DNA from: Armatimonadota bacterium
Lineage (GTDB): Bacteria > Vulcanimicrobiota > JACPDS01 > JBDRKI01
DNA length: 14,282 nt
Direction of reading: 5' to 3'
Assembly: GCA_043814095.1 (NCBI GenBank)
Contig: JBDRKI010000009.1
Coordinates: 1 to 14,282, forward strand
Shown: in pieces, positions 6,714-14,282 of the stretch
Layout: the number at the start of each line of letters is the position of its first letter
Numbering within the stretch: position 1 is the first letter of the stretch
Translations under genes and position numbers: made by a program
The notes under the pieces: generated by a model
What the model was told of the DNA's origin: nothing
What the model saw: only the letters and a program-made list of their open reading frames with translations
Database searches by the model: none

Positions 6714-7601
6714 ATGCTTAAAAATTTTACAGAAGTCCTTGATAAAGCGAAAAAAATGAAGAATATAAAGCTGGCGGTTGTATCGGCTCATGATGAAGAA
6801 GTACTTGAAGCAGTTGAAGAGGCAAGAAAAGAAAATATAGCGGACAGTATTCTTATCGGGGATAAAGATAAAATTCTTGATATTATGAAGAAAAAAAACA
6901 TACTACCCGAAGGATTTAAAATAATAAATATAAAAGACGAGACTGAATCCGCGCTTAAAGCAATTGAACTTGTGAAAAAGAAAAAAGTTCACTGCATCGT
7001 AAAGGGAAAGATCAAAACTCCTACCCTTATGAAAAGCATAGTAAATAAAGAGTACGGGATATTAACGGGGCAGCTTCTTTCCCATATCCTTATTATAAGT
7101 CCCAAGAAAACAAACAATTTCATACTGATATCGGACGGAGGCATGGTAATAAAGCCGTCACTTAAAGACAAAGAAGGTATAATTAAAAATGCTTTACTTG
7201 TCGCTAAATCCCTAAAACTAAAACCCGTACAGGTGGCTCTTCTTTCAGGGCCTCCCTGTCTGGATGATAAAAACGCATCCGGAAAAGATGCGGGACTGCT
7301 TGCCGCTGAATTTAAAGCTAAATACAGCGGTTCTTTAAAATTTGAAATAACCGGACCCGTTGATTTTGAAGAAACTTTAAAATTCAAACACCCCGCAAAT
7401 GTCTTTATAATGCCGGAGATAGAAACCGGAAATATCGTGGGAAAATCCTTTATGTACCTCACCGATTCTGACTGCGGCCTGCTCATACTCGGGGCAAAAG
7501 TGCCTGTTGTGGTCACTTCAAGGGCAGATACGGCACAGACAAAGCTAAATTCAATCGCCCTTGCCTGCCTTGCGGCAAAAACAAAGGTTAATTTTAATTA
7601 A
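6714..7601 (+). CDS. Phosphate acyltransferase (PTA/PTB family, closest in pattern to phosphate butyryltransferase), divergent
   Basis: AVVSAHDEEVLEAV, VKG, LLSHI, ISDGG, P.L..K..I..NA, PEIETGNIVGK, LGAKVPVVVTSRAD. Start ATG 6714 follows GGAGG. Confidence 0.85.
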   Translation: MLKNFTEVLDKAKKMKNIKLAVVSAHDEEVLEAVEEARKENIADSILIGDKDKILDIMKKKNILPEGFKIINIKDETESALKAIELVKKKKVHCIVKGKIKTPTLMKSIVNKEYGILTGQLLSHILIISPKKTNNFILISDGGMVIKPSLKDKEGIIKNALLVAKSLKLKPVQVALLSGPPCLDDKNASGKDAGLLAAEFKAKYSGSLKFEITGPVDFEETLKFKHPANVFIMPEIETGNIVGKSFMYLTDSDCGLLILGAKVPVVVTSRADTAQTKLNSIALACLAAKTKVNFN

Positions 7602-7631
7602 AAATTCCTTGTAAAAATCTGTCATAAGCTA

Positions 7632-7660
7632 TTGAAAAATAATAACTAATCCCTTATAAT
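7632..7660 (+). promoter_or_regulatory. Sigma70/sigmaA-type promoter for the aminotransferase-to-lysS operon
   Basis: TTGAAA (7632-7637), 17-nt spacer, TATAAT (7655-7660), about 37 nt upstream of the ATG. Confidence 0.75.
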
Positions 7661-7697
7661 GGTCTATATTTATTTTATATTATTATAAAAAGGGATA

Positions 7698-8969
7698 ATG
7701 ATGGAAATAAAAATCAAAGAGAAAAACAAACAGATCGCGGATGAAGTTCGCGAAAAATATAAGAAATACTATAATCCTTCACTGCTGAGGCTCTTAAAAT
7801 TCAGCGGTTATGATACCGTTGAAGTAAAAGGTGAAGGTGTATATATTTATGATATAAACGGCAGAAGATTTTTAGACTGCGCCGGGGGGTACGGCGTATT
7901 CTCCCTGGGACACTCACACCCTAAAGTCATACAGGCCGTGAAAGAACAGCTGGATAAAATGGCTTTAAGCGCGAAGGTTTTTCTTAACAAACCGCTTGCG
8001 GACCTCTGCGAAAAACTGGCACAGATAACTCCCGGTGATCTTCAGTATTCATTCATATGCAACAGCGGGGCAGAGGCCGTTGAAGGAGCGATAAAACTCG
8101 CAAGATATTCCACGGGGAAAAAAGAGATAATAACTGCTAAGGGCGCTTTTCACGGAAAAACACTGGGCTCTTTATCCGCTTCAGGCAGGGAATTATATAA
8201 AGAGCCATTCCGGCCGCTTCTTCCTGAATTTATACAGGTTAATTTTAATGATATAGAAGACTTAAAAAACAATATATCGGAAGAGACAGCCGCGGTTCTG
8301 CTTGAACCCGTACAGGGCGAAGGCGGTATAATAACGCCTGATGATGATTACCTTAAACAGGTCAGAGAGCTCTGTGATGAAAATAACACCCTCCTTATAA
8401 CAGATGAGATACAGACAGGCCTGGGAAGAACAGGGCGCATGTTCGCCGTGGACCATTACGGGGTCTGTCCGGACATCATGCTTACGGCAAAAGCTCTCGG
8501 CGGAGGAGTTATGCCCATAGGCGCTTTCACAGGAACGGAAAAAGTATGGGAATGCTTTAAAAAATCGCCGCTCATACATACTTCAACATTCGGGGGCAAC
8601 CCTCTGGCATGCGCAGCCGCTTTAGCGGCAATTAACGTGATAGAAGAAGAAAACCTGGTTGACAATTCCGCTAAAATGGGAGAGTATTTAACAAGCGAAC
8701 TCGGTAAAATTAAAGAAAAATACCCGGAGATAGTATCTGAGATAAGAGGAAAAGGCCTTCTTGCGGGTGTTGAGATGACAAAAGAAGGATACGCGGGTTC
8801 AATAATATTTGAGATGGCTAAAAACAATGTGATAGGAGCCTATACCCTGAACCTGCCTAAAGTGATAAGATTTGAACCGCCTTTAATAATAAATAAAGAG
8901 CAGGTAGATGAATGCGTAAAAGCGTTTGAGGCGGGAGTAAAGAAAACTAAAGAAATGTTCATAAAATAG
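7698..8969 (+). CDS. Class III PLP-dependent omega-aminotransferase (PatA/ArgD-like)
   Basis: LDCAGGYGVFSLGH, NSGAEAVEGAIKLA, FHGKTLG, EPVQGEGG, DEIQTGLGRTG, AKALGGG (PLP Lys265), HTSTFGGNPLAC, IRFEPPL. The start may be the second ATG at 7701. Confidence 0.93.
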   Translation: MMEIKIKEKNKQIADEVREKYKKYYNPSLLRLLKFSGYDTVEVKGEGVYIYDINGRRFLDCAGGYGVFSLGHSHPKVIQAVKEQLDKMALSAKVFLNKPLADLCEKLAQITPGDLQYSFICNSGAEAVEGAIKLARYSTGKKEIITAKGAFHGKTLGSLSASGRELYKEPFRPLLPEFIQVNFNDIEDLKNNISEETAAVLLEPVQGEGGIITPDDDYLKQVRELCDENNTLLITDEIQTGLGRTGRMFAVDHYGVCPDIMLTAKALGGGVMPIGAFTGTEKVWECFKKSPLIHTSTFGGNPLACAAALAAINVIEEENLVDNSAKMGEYLTSELGKIKEKYPEIVSEIRGKGLLAGVEMTKEGYAGSIIFEMAKNNVIGAYTLNLPKVIRFEPPLIINKEQVDECVKAFEAGVKKTKEMFIK

Positions 8970-8978
8970 GAGGATTAT

Positions 8979-9413
8979 ATGCCCTATGTAGAAAGCACCA
9001 TAACAATAAACGGTCCGGCGGAAAAAGCCTATAATCTGGCAAAAAACATGGAAGAATTTCCTTTATTCATGCCTGATGTTGAAAGCGTGAAGGTACTTGA
9101 GAGAAACGGCAATACCACAATTACCGAATGGATAACCAATGTTGAAGGCACACCCATAACCTGGAAGGAAGAAGATTTATTTGACGATTCAAACCATACC
9201 ATAACCTACAGGTTAACCGAGGGGGATCTTGATAAATTTGAAGGACAGTGGAAGTTTGAACAAAAAGACGGGCAGACCGTCGTAACGCTGGGAGTGGATT
9301 ACGATTTCGGCATACCTTCTTTAACTGAACTTATAGGGCCTACACTGGAAGTAAAAGTAAAAGAAAACTCAAATATGATGCTTGAAGGCCTTAAATCAAG
9401 AGTGGAGCAGTAA
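8979..9413 (+). CDS. SRPBCC/START-like (polyketide cyclase, Coq10-type) hydrophobic ligand-binding protein
   Basis: ESTITI, ME.FP.FMPDVESVKVLE, W.EED, EGDLDKFEGQWKF, C-terminal helix MMLEGLKSRVE; AGGAGG RBS overlapping the upstream stop. Confidence 0.88.
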   Translation: MPYVESTITINGPAEKAYNLAKNMEEFPLFMPDVESVKVLERNGNTTITEWITNVEGTPITWKEEDLFDDSNHTITYRLTEGDLDKFEGQWKFEQKDGQTVVTLGVDYDFGIPSLTELIGPTLEVKVKENSNMMLEGLKSRVEQ

Positions 9414-9418
9414 TAAAA

Positions 9419-10525
9419 ATGAATAGATTCGGTTTTTTCATACACCCGCTTGACATAAAAGATGTTATACGCTTTGAACCCAAAGCGGCGGATAAAAGGC
9501 CGGCACTGGTCGAAAAAATAATAGAATGGATGCCCCCGTACAAGGCATCCCATATTACGGGACTGCGTTCCGTAACAGGCCAGAAAGCGGAAGGCTGGTT
9601 TATAGCTATCCCCTATATGCCCTCCCAGTTTATATCCCTGCACCGCAGGGAAGTATACAAAAAAATAATCGCGGGCGGGAAGATGGCGGAAGGGTTCGGG
9701 GCCCAGATTCTGGGCTTGGGCGGATTTACTTCCGTTGCGGGGGATGCCGGCATAACCGTTTCAAAAAATCTTGATATAGCCGTAACCAGCGGGAACAGCT
9801 ACACAATCGCGACAGCCATAGAAGCAACGGTGAAAGCCGCTGAAATGATGGGCAAAGAGCTTAAAAAATGCAAGGCCGCGATTGTAGGCGCAACCGGATC
9901 AATAGGAAGCGTCTGCGCGGCAATAATGGCGCCTAAGGTTTCCAGGATAACACTCATATCAAGAAACCTGCAGAAACTCAAAAAGACAGCCGAAAGCGTT
10001 GAGAAAAAAACAAAAGTAAAACCTAAAATCACAACCGATATAGATATAGGCCTGCGCGATGCCGACATTATAATCGCGGCATCAGCTTCATCCGGCGGGA
10101 TAATAAAATCCTACCACTTAAAACCCGGCACCCTTATATGCGACGTAGCCCTGCCGCATGACGTTTGCAGGACAGTCGCCAATGAAAGACCGGATGTTCT
10201 TGTGATAGAAGGCGGGCTTGTTGAAGTACCCGGGGATGTTGATTTCGGTTATGATTTCGGGTATCCGCCTAAAATCGCGCTTGCGTGTATGGCGGAAACT
10301 ATGATACTGACCCTTGACGGTAGATTTGAAAACTACAGCTTAGGACGCAGTTTAAAAGTTGAGAAAGTGGAGCTTATAGCCCACCTCGCGAAAAAACACG
10401 GATTCAAACTGGCGGGTTTTAGAAGTTTTGACAAAATAGTTGAAAACGATAAAATACGGGAAGTTGTGCAAGAAAGCAAAAAGGCAGCGGCAGGCAGAAA
10501 AATATTCACATTTTTATTCGGGTGA
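9419..10525 (+). CDS. Acyl-ACP/acyl-CoA reductase (aldehyde-forming, cyanobacterial AAR-like); family often auto-annotated as shikimate dehydrogenase
   Basis: FGFFIHPL, S.TG...EG, LGLGGFTS, TSGNSYT, IVGATGSIGS (NAD(P)H), LKPG...CD...P, GGLV, LAC290MAETMIL (AAR catalytic Cys motif AC.AE.M.L), YSLGR, A.KHGF. Confidence 0.82.
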   Translation: MNRFGFFIHPLDIKDVIRFEPKAADKRPALVEKIIEWMPPYKASHITGLRSVTGQKAEGWFIAIPYMPSQFISLHRREVYKKIIAGGKMAEGFGAQILGLGGFTSVAGDAGITVSKNLDIAVTSGNSYTIATAIEATVKAAEMMGKELKKCKAAIVGATGSIGSVCAAIMAPKVSRITLISRNLQKLKKTAESVEKKTKVKPKITTDIDIGLRDADIIIAASASSGGIIKSYHLKPGTLICDVALPHDVCRTVANERPDVLVIEGGLVEVPGDVDFGYDFGYPPKIALACMAETMILTLDGRFENYSLGRSLKVEKVELIAHLAKKHGFKLAGFRSFDKIVENDKIREVVQESKKAAAGRKIFTFLFG

Positions 10526-10532
10526 TAAAATT

Positions 10533-11450
10533 ATGAAACAGATAGTAAGCGTATCCCTCGGCTCATCAAAAAGAAACCATGAGGCAAAAGTAAACTGCCT
10601 GGGTGAAGATTTCACCGTTAAAAGAATCGGAACAGACGGTGATTTTAAGGCGGCGGTAAATATGCTTACGGAACTTGACGGCAAAGTTGACGCTATCGGC
10701 CTGGGCGGGGTTGACGTGTACCTGTATTCCCCGGAAGGCGAAAGGTACGCATTAAAAGACGGGCTTAAATTAATGGACGCGGTAAAAAAGACGCCTGTTG
10801 TTGACGGATCAGGCCTTAAAAACACCCTTGAGCGGGAAGTAATAAAATATATTGTAAATAATAACATTATTGATCTTAAAGGAAAAACAGTCCTTATGGT
10901 AAGCGCCATGGACCGGTTCGGCATGGCTCAAAGCCTTTTGAGCGCGGGATGCGACATGATTTACGGGGACCTAATATTCGCGCTGGGTCTTGATAAACCC
11001 CTGTATGAAGTGGACGAACTTATAAGCTACGCGAAAAAACTCCTGCCTGACATAACAAAACTGCCCATAAGTATGCTTTACCCGACGGGCAAGAAACAGG
11101 ACTCAAATCCCGATCCTAAGTTTACAAAATATTACGACAGAGCAGATATAATCGCGGGGGATTTTCATTTTATAAAAAAATATATGCCGGATGACCTTGA
11201 AAACAAAATAATAATAACCAATACCGTCACAGAAGAAGATATAGAACAGTTAAAAAAGAGAAATCTCTCGCTTCTTATTACAACAACGCCCGAATTCGGA
11301 GGGAGGTCATTCGGGACTAATGTTTTAGAAGCACTGCTTCTTGCCATATTAAACAAAAAATGGGAAGATATTACGGATAAGGATTATCTGGAACTTATAC
11401 AAAAGCTGGGATTAAAGCCCAGAATAGAAAAATTAACGGAATCAACTTAA
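10533..11450 (+). CDS. Conserved uncharacterised Rossmann-like protein (family I recall being labelled 'quinate 5-dehydrogenase' without experimental support)
   Basis: SVSLGSSKR, GTDGD, DAIGLGG, PVVDGSGLKNTLER, DRFGMA, GDLIF, ITNT, TTTP..GRSFGTNVLEA. Start moved to ATG 10533, 7 nt after the previous stop and preceded by GGGTG. Confidence 0.75.
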   Translation: MKQIVSVSLGSSKRNHEAKVNCLGEDFTVKRIGTDGDFKAAVNMLTELDGKVDAIGLGGVDVYLYSPEGERYALKDGLKLMDAVKKTPVVDGSGLKNTLEREVIKYIVNNNIIDLKGKTVLMVSAMDRFGMAQSLLSAGCDMIYGDLIFALGLDKPLYEVDELISYAKKLLPDITKLPISMLYPTGKKQDSNPDPKFTKYYDRADIIAGDFHFIKKYMPDDLENKIIITNTVTEEDIEQLKKRNLSLLITTTPEFGGRSFGTNVLEALLLAILNKKWEDITDKDYLELIQKLGLKPRIEKLTEST

Positions 11451-11464
11451 TTTCAGGAGGAAAA

Positions 11465-11956
11465 ATGAGCGAAAGAGCAGACAAAGCTATAATTTTAACA
11501 CCGGCGGGACTAAAATCGCTGGAAGACAAACTGGAGTATCTTAAAACGCACCAGAGAAGAGAAGTATCCGAAAGAATCCGCCAGGCGAAAGAATTCGGAG
11601 AACTCGGCGAGAACTCGGAATTTGAAAACGCGAAATCCGAACAGGCGTTCATAGAAAGAGAAATCATGAACCTGGAAAACCTTATCAGACACGCCAGGGT
11701 CATAGACCAGAAAGAAATCCATACCGACCTGGTCAGCTTAGGCTCAACGGTTGAGATGGAAAACTTAGAAACAAAAGAAAAATTAACTTACACAATCGTA
11801 GGTTCCGCGGAAGCCGACCCGAACCAGTTTAAAATATCAAACGAATCACCCATAGGGGCGGCTCTTTTCGGGAGAAAAAAAGGCCAGACAATAGAAGTTA
11901 ATGCTCCCGCCGGAATTTTCCAGTACAAGATATCAAAAATATCCAAGAGCTACTAA
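11465..11956 (+). CDS. greA: Transcription elongation factor GreA
   Basis: LT..G...LE..LE.LK...R, A.EFGELGENSEFENAK.EQ, V.LGS.V, IVGS.EADP, ISNESPIG.AL, APAG; AGGAGG RBS. Confidence 0.97.
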   Translation: MSERADKAIILTPAGLKSLEDKLEYLKTHQRREVSERIRQAKEFGELGENSEFENAKSEQAFIEREIMNLENLIRHARVIDQKEIHTDLVSLGSTVEMENLETKEKLTYTIVGSAEADPNQFKISNESPIGAALFGRKKGQTIEVNAPAGIFQYKISKISKSY

Positions 11957-11982
11957 AAATTATAATTTAAGGTGGAACCATT

Positions 11983-13482
11983 ATGAACCAGGATAATACA
12001 ACTATTCTCAGTTTATCCGACCAGGAACTGCAGAGACAGGAAAATTTAAAGAAGCTGTATGAACTCGGCAAAAAGCCCTACGGCGAAAGATTTATAACGA
12101 CACATTCCGTAGAAAACATAATAAACGAGTTCAGCTCCATGGAACAGGATAAAGAAGGCCCTGAAGTCTCCATAGCGGGAAGAATAACGGCCCTGCGCGA
12201 GCACGGCAAGGCAACCTTCGGGAATGTTGCCGATAAAACAGCCCAGATACAGATTTACCTTAAGCAGGACTTAGTCGGCAAAGAAAATTATGAGCTTCTC
12301 AAATTAATTGATCTCGGCGATATAATCGGCATAACGGGAAAAATCTTCAAAACCAGAAGAGGCGAGCTGACAATCCTTACAGAAAATTTTAAAATATTAT
12401 CCAAATGCCTCCATCCCCTGCCGGAAAAATGGCACGGCTTAAAAGATATCGAGATACGCTACCGCAGAAGATACCTTGATCTTATGACAAATATAGACGT
12501 AAGAAAGCTCTTCATATTAAGAAGCAGGGCAATATCAGAGATAAGAAACCTGCTTGACTCAAAGGGTTATATTGAAGTGGAAACCCCTGTTATGAGTTCA
12601 CTGGCAGGCGGAGCATCCGCGCGCCCGTTTACAACGCACCATAACGCACTCGATATAGACTTATACCTGCGCATAGCTACCGAACTATATCTTAAGCGCT
12701 GTATTGTAGGAGGACTTGAAAAAGTATATGAAGTAGGCAGGACATTCCGTAATGAAGGCATATCAACAAAGCACAACCCCGAATTTACAATGCTGGAATT
12801 ATATGAAGCTTACGGTGATTATGAAACTATGATGCAGATAACGGAAGAAATCATATCTACCTTATGCGAAAAGATATTCAATACCTTTGAAGTCCCTTAT
12901 AAAGACGGCAAAACAATCAACCTAAAACCACCCTACAAAAAAGCTACATTCGCACAGCTTTTAAAAGAGCATGGAGATATAGAATTAAATGACTTAAGAG
13001 ACCTTGAAAGCGCCCAAAAAACAGTTAAAAAGCTTAATATTGAACTTGATGAAAACGCATCCGTCGCCCATATAATAGATAAGGTATTTGAAATTGTCGT
13101 GGAGCCTCACCTTATAAACCCGACATTTGTGCTTGACTACCCTATTGAATTATCACCATTAGCAAAGAAAAAAGATGACGATCCTTCCCTTACCTACCGT
13201 TTTGAATTATTCATAAACCATTATGAGATAGCAAACGCGTTCTCTGAATTAAACGATCCGGAGGACCAGCTCCAGAGATTTAAAGAGCAGGTTGCCTTAA
13301 AAGAACGGGGAGCTGATGAGACCCATCCACTGGACGAAGACTTCGTCCTTGCTCTTGAATACGGAATGCCTCCAACAGGAGGATTAGGAATAGGGATAGA
13401 CCGCCTAATGATGATATTAACGGACTCACCGAGTATAAGAGATGTAATACTCTTCCCTCTTATGAAACCCAGAGAATCATAA
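11983..13482 (+). CDS. lysS: Lysyl-tRNA synthetase, class II
   Basis: OB-fold (AGRI...R.HGK), LPEKWHGL.D.E.RYR.RYLDL, EVETP, GGA.ARPF.THHN, LRIA.ELYLKR, FRNEG...HNPEFT, YG.PPTGG.GIGIDRL. Confidence 0.99.
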   Translation: MNQDNTTILSLSDQELQRQENLKKLYELGKKPYGERFITTHSVENIINEFSSMEQDKEGPEVSIAGRITALREHGKATFGNVADKTAQIQIYLKQDLVGKENYELLKLIDLGDIIGITGKIFKTRRGELTILTENFKILSKCLHPLPEKWHGLKDIEIRYRRRYLDLMTNIDVRKLFILRSRAISEIRNLLDSKGYIEVETPVMSSLAGGASARPFTTHHNALDIDLYLRIATELYLKRCIVGGLEKVYEVGRTFRNEGISTKHNPEFTMLELYEAYGDYETMMQITEEIISTLCEKIFNTFEVPYKDGKTINLKPPYKKATFAQLLKEHGDIELNDLRDLESAQKTVKKLNIELDENASVAHIIDKVFEIVVEPHLINPTFVLDYPIELSPLAKKKDDDPSLTYRFELFINHYEIANAFSELNDPEDQLQRFKEQVALKERGADETHPLDEDFVLALEYGMPPTGGLGIGIDRLMMILTDSPSIRDVILFPLMKPRES

Positions 13483-13515
13483 AAAAATACCCCGGCATAA
13501 AGCCGGGGCTTTTTT
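13481..13515. terminator. Likely bidirectional intrinsic terminator between lysS and the convergent gene
   Basis: A7 run, CCCCGGC (13490-13496), loop ATAAA, GCCGGGG (13502-13508), then CTTTTTT. Confidence 0.9.
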
Positions 13516-13538
13516 CAACACTAACCTAAAATACCTGT

Positions 13539-14015
13539 TTAGGAATCAGTTAATGTAAAGGTTATGACTCTTGAGCCGTCTGCAGGAAGACCGGCATTAA
13601 CGTTAGCATCTAAGTACAGGGTGTAGTTAATGGATGACTGTGCAACTGTTTCAATGCTGGTTACCAGATCCTGAGCCGTGGTATTAAGAGTTTTTTCACC
13701 GGCGGTAGAACCGGTTGAAGGTGCATCTGTTTCGATATTAATCATCGTGGCTGTAGGCATATTCACGTTAAGTGCACCGGTTATCTTTTTGCCGGTAGTG
13801 TCGTTTGTGGTTATGGCATACTTGCAAACCACGCTGTCTTCATCAGGCTCTGAACCTGCTGTTGCCGCGTTAATGGTTAAGGTTTCGTCCGCGTCAAAGG
13901 CAATTTCGTTTATCGCGTCAATTTCAAAATATACAGTCTGAGTGTCGGTTGATCCGGCAAACGCGGCTGCGCTCATGAAAGCTATCGCGATAAGGACTAT
14001 TAACAGCTTTTTCAT
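13539..14015 (-). CDS. Secreted beta-strand-rich protein, possibly a fimbrial/fibre subunit
   Basis: AAAGGAGG RBS. Sec signal peptide MKKLLIVLIAIAFMSAAAFA. Thr/Ala/Asp-rich mature chain with alternating-pattern strands at both ends (TQTVYFEI; RVITFTLTDS). Confidence 0.7.
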   Translation of the reverse strand: MKKLLIVLIAIAFMSAAAFAGSTDTQTVYFEIDAINEIAFDADETLTINAATAGSEPDEDSVVCKYAITTNDTTGKKITGALNVNMPTATMINIETDAPSTGSTAGEKTLNTTAQDLVTSIETVAQSSINYTLYLDANVNAGLPADGSRVITFTLTDS

Positions 14016-14106
14016 TTGGGTGTTCCTCCTTTCTTTTTGTTTTATTTAATGGCATTTAGCCTTTAAATCTTGCTCGCGGGAAATCTCATTTCCCCTTCCC
14101 ACTTAT

Positions 14107-14173
14107 ATTATACCCCCCCTGCGCATATACGGATATAGGTCAAAAGGAGTAAAATTATAGGTCAAATGGGGTA
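14107..14173 (-). promoter_or_regulatory. Putative activator-dependent promoter: -10 box, G7 tract and two direct-repeat sites
   Basis: Minus-strand TATAAT at 14112-14107, directly preceded by G7 (14119-14113). Plus-strand repeats TATAGGTCAAAAGGAGTA (14134-14151) and TATAGGTCAAATGGGGTA (14156-14173) are 16/18 identical with a 22-bp period. Confidence 0.6.
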
Positions 14174-14282
14174 TTTTTGACATATTTTATGAAAATATAA
14201 GAACAAGGCTTTATCTGTTATTTTTGATCAAATAAACAGCTAAAAATGCTTAAAAAAGTAGCGTTTTTATACTGTACAGGGG

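Noticed and set aside
7698-8969. Assigning argD or patA as the gene symbol
   Set aside because: The motifs define the class but not the substrate; there are no arg or polyamine genes nearby and the context suggests another role.
10440-10532. Upstream extension of the fourth module gene (track start 10440)
   Set aside because: It overlaps the reductase by 86 nt with no family-like sequence; ATG 10533 fits better.
9419-11450. Shikimate/quinate dehydrogenase (aromatic pathway) interpretation
   Set aside because: AroE signature motifs (G.P..HS.SP, NVT.P.K, NTD..G) are absent from both proteins.
11961-11966. TATAAT in the greA-lysS gap as an internal promoter
   Set aside because: There is no -35 or extended -10, it lies very close to the start codon, and the hexamer is common in AT-rich spacers.
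11983-13482. lysS as the EF-P modifying paralog EpmA, given efp in the window
   Set aside because: It is a full-length 499-aa LysRS with an anticodon-binding OB-fold, which EpmA lacks.
20-13941. Numerous antisense or alternate-frame ORFs (e.g. 502-882, 6006-6365, 6989-7516, 8456-8827, 9526-9774, 10514-10924, 13678-13941)
   Set aside because: They shadow well-supported genes, mostly have the Ser/Ile/Phe-rich composition expected from reverse-complemented coding sequence, and show no recognisable motifs.
14040-14100. Possible c-di-GMP-type riboswitch in the leader of the pilin-like gene
   Set aside because: Only a small GGGAAAT-GAG-ATTTCCC hairpin and a GGCTAAA word are present; the GCAAA/GNRA two-stem architecture is missing. 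An Rfam scan would settle it.

Overview
Bacterial chromosomal window with a moderately AT-rich sequence and no RNA genes, mobile elements or CRISPR arrays that I can support. Left part, minus strand: a tightly packed run of efp, DUF503, a small hypothetical gene, DJ-1/PfpI, a PanE/ApbA-like reductase, a gamma-carbonic anhydrase-like gene and a truncated LarA-like ORF running off the edge. Upstream of that run are a caspase-fold (peptidase C14) lipoprotein whose catalytic His appears replaced by Gln, a 70-aa tandem paralog reduced to signal peptide plus Pro/Thr linker, and PTS enzyme I. Right part, plus strand: a divergent phosphate acyltransferase (Ptb-like), then one apparent transcript from a near-consensus sigma70 promoter through a class III aminotransferase, an SRPBCC protein, an acyl-ACP reductase (AAR)-like enzyme, an uncharacterised Rossmann-like protein, greA and lysS to a terminator. 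A convergent secreted beta-rich, pilin-like gene closes the window. The best candidate for an undescribed system is the four-gene aminotransferase/SRPBCC/AAR-like/unknown module, which I infer makes long-chain alkylamines (acyl-ACP to aldehyde to amine), possibly for an envelope lipid. All family calls come from motif recognition by eye; no searches were run.
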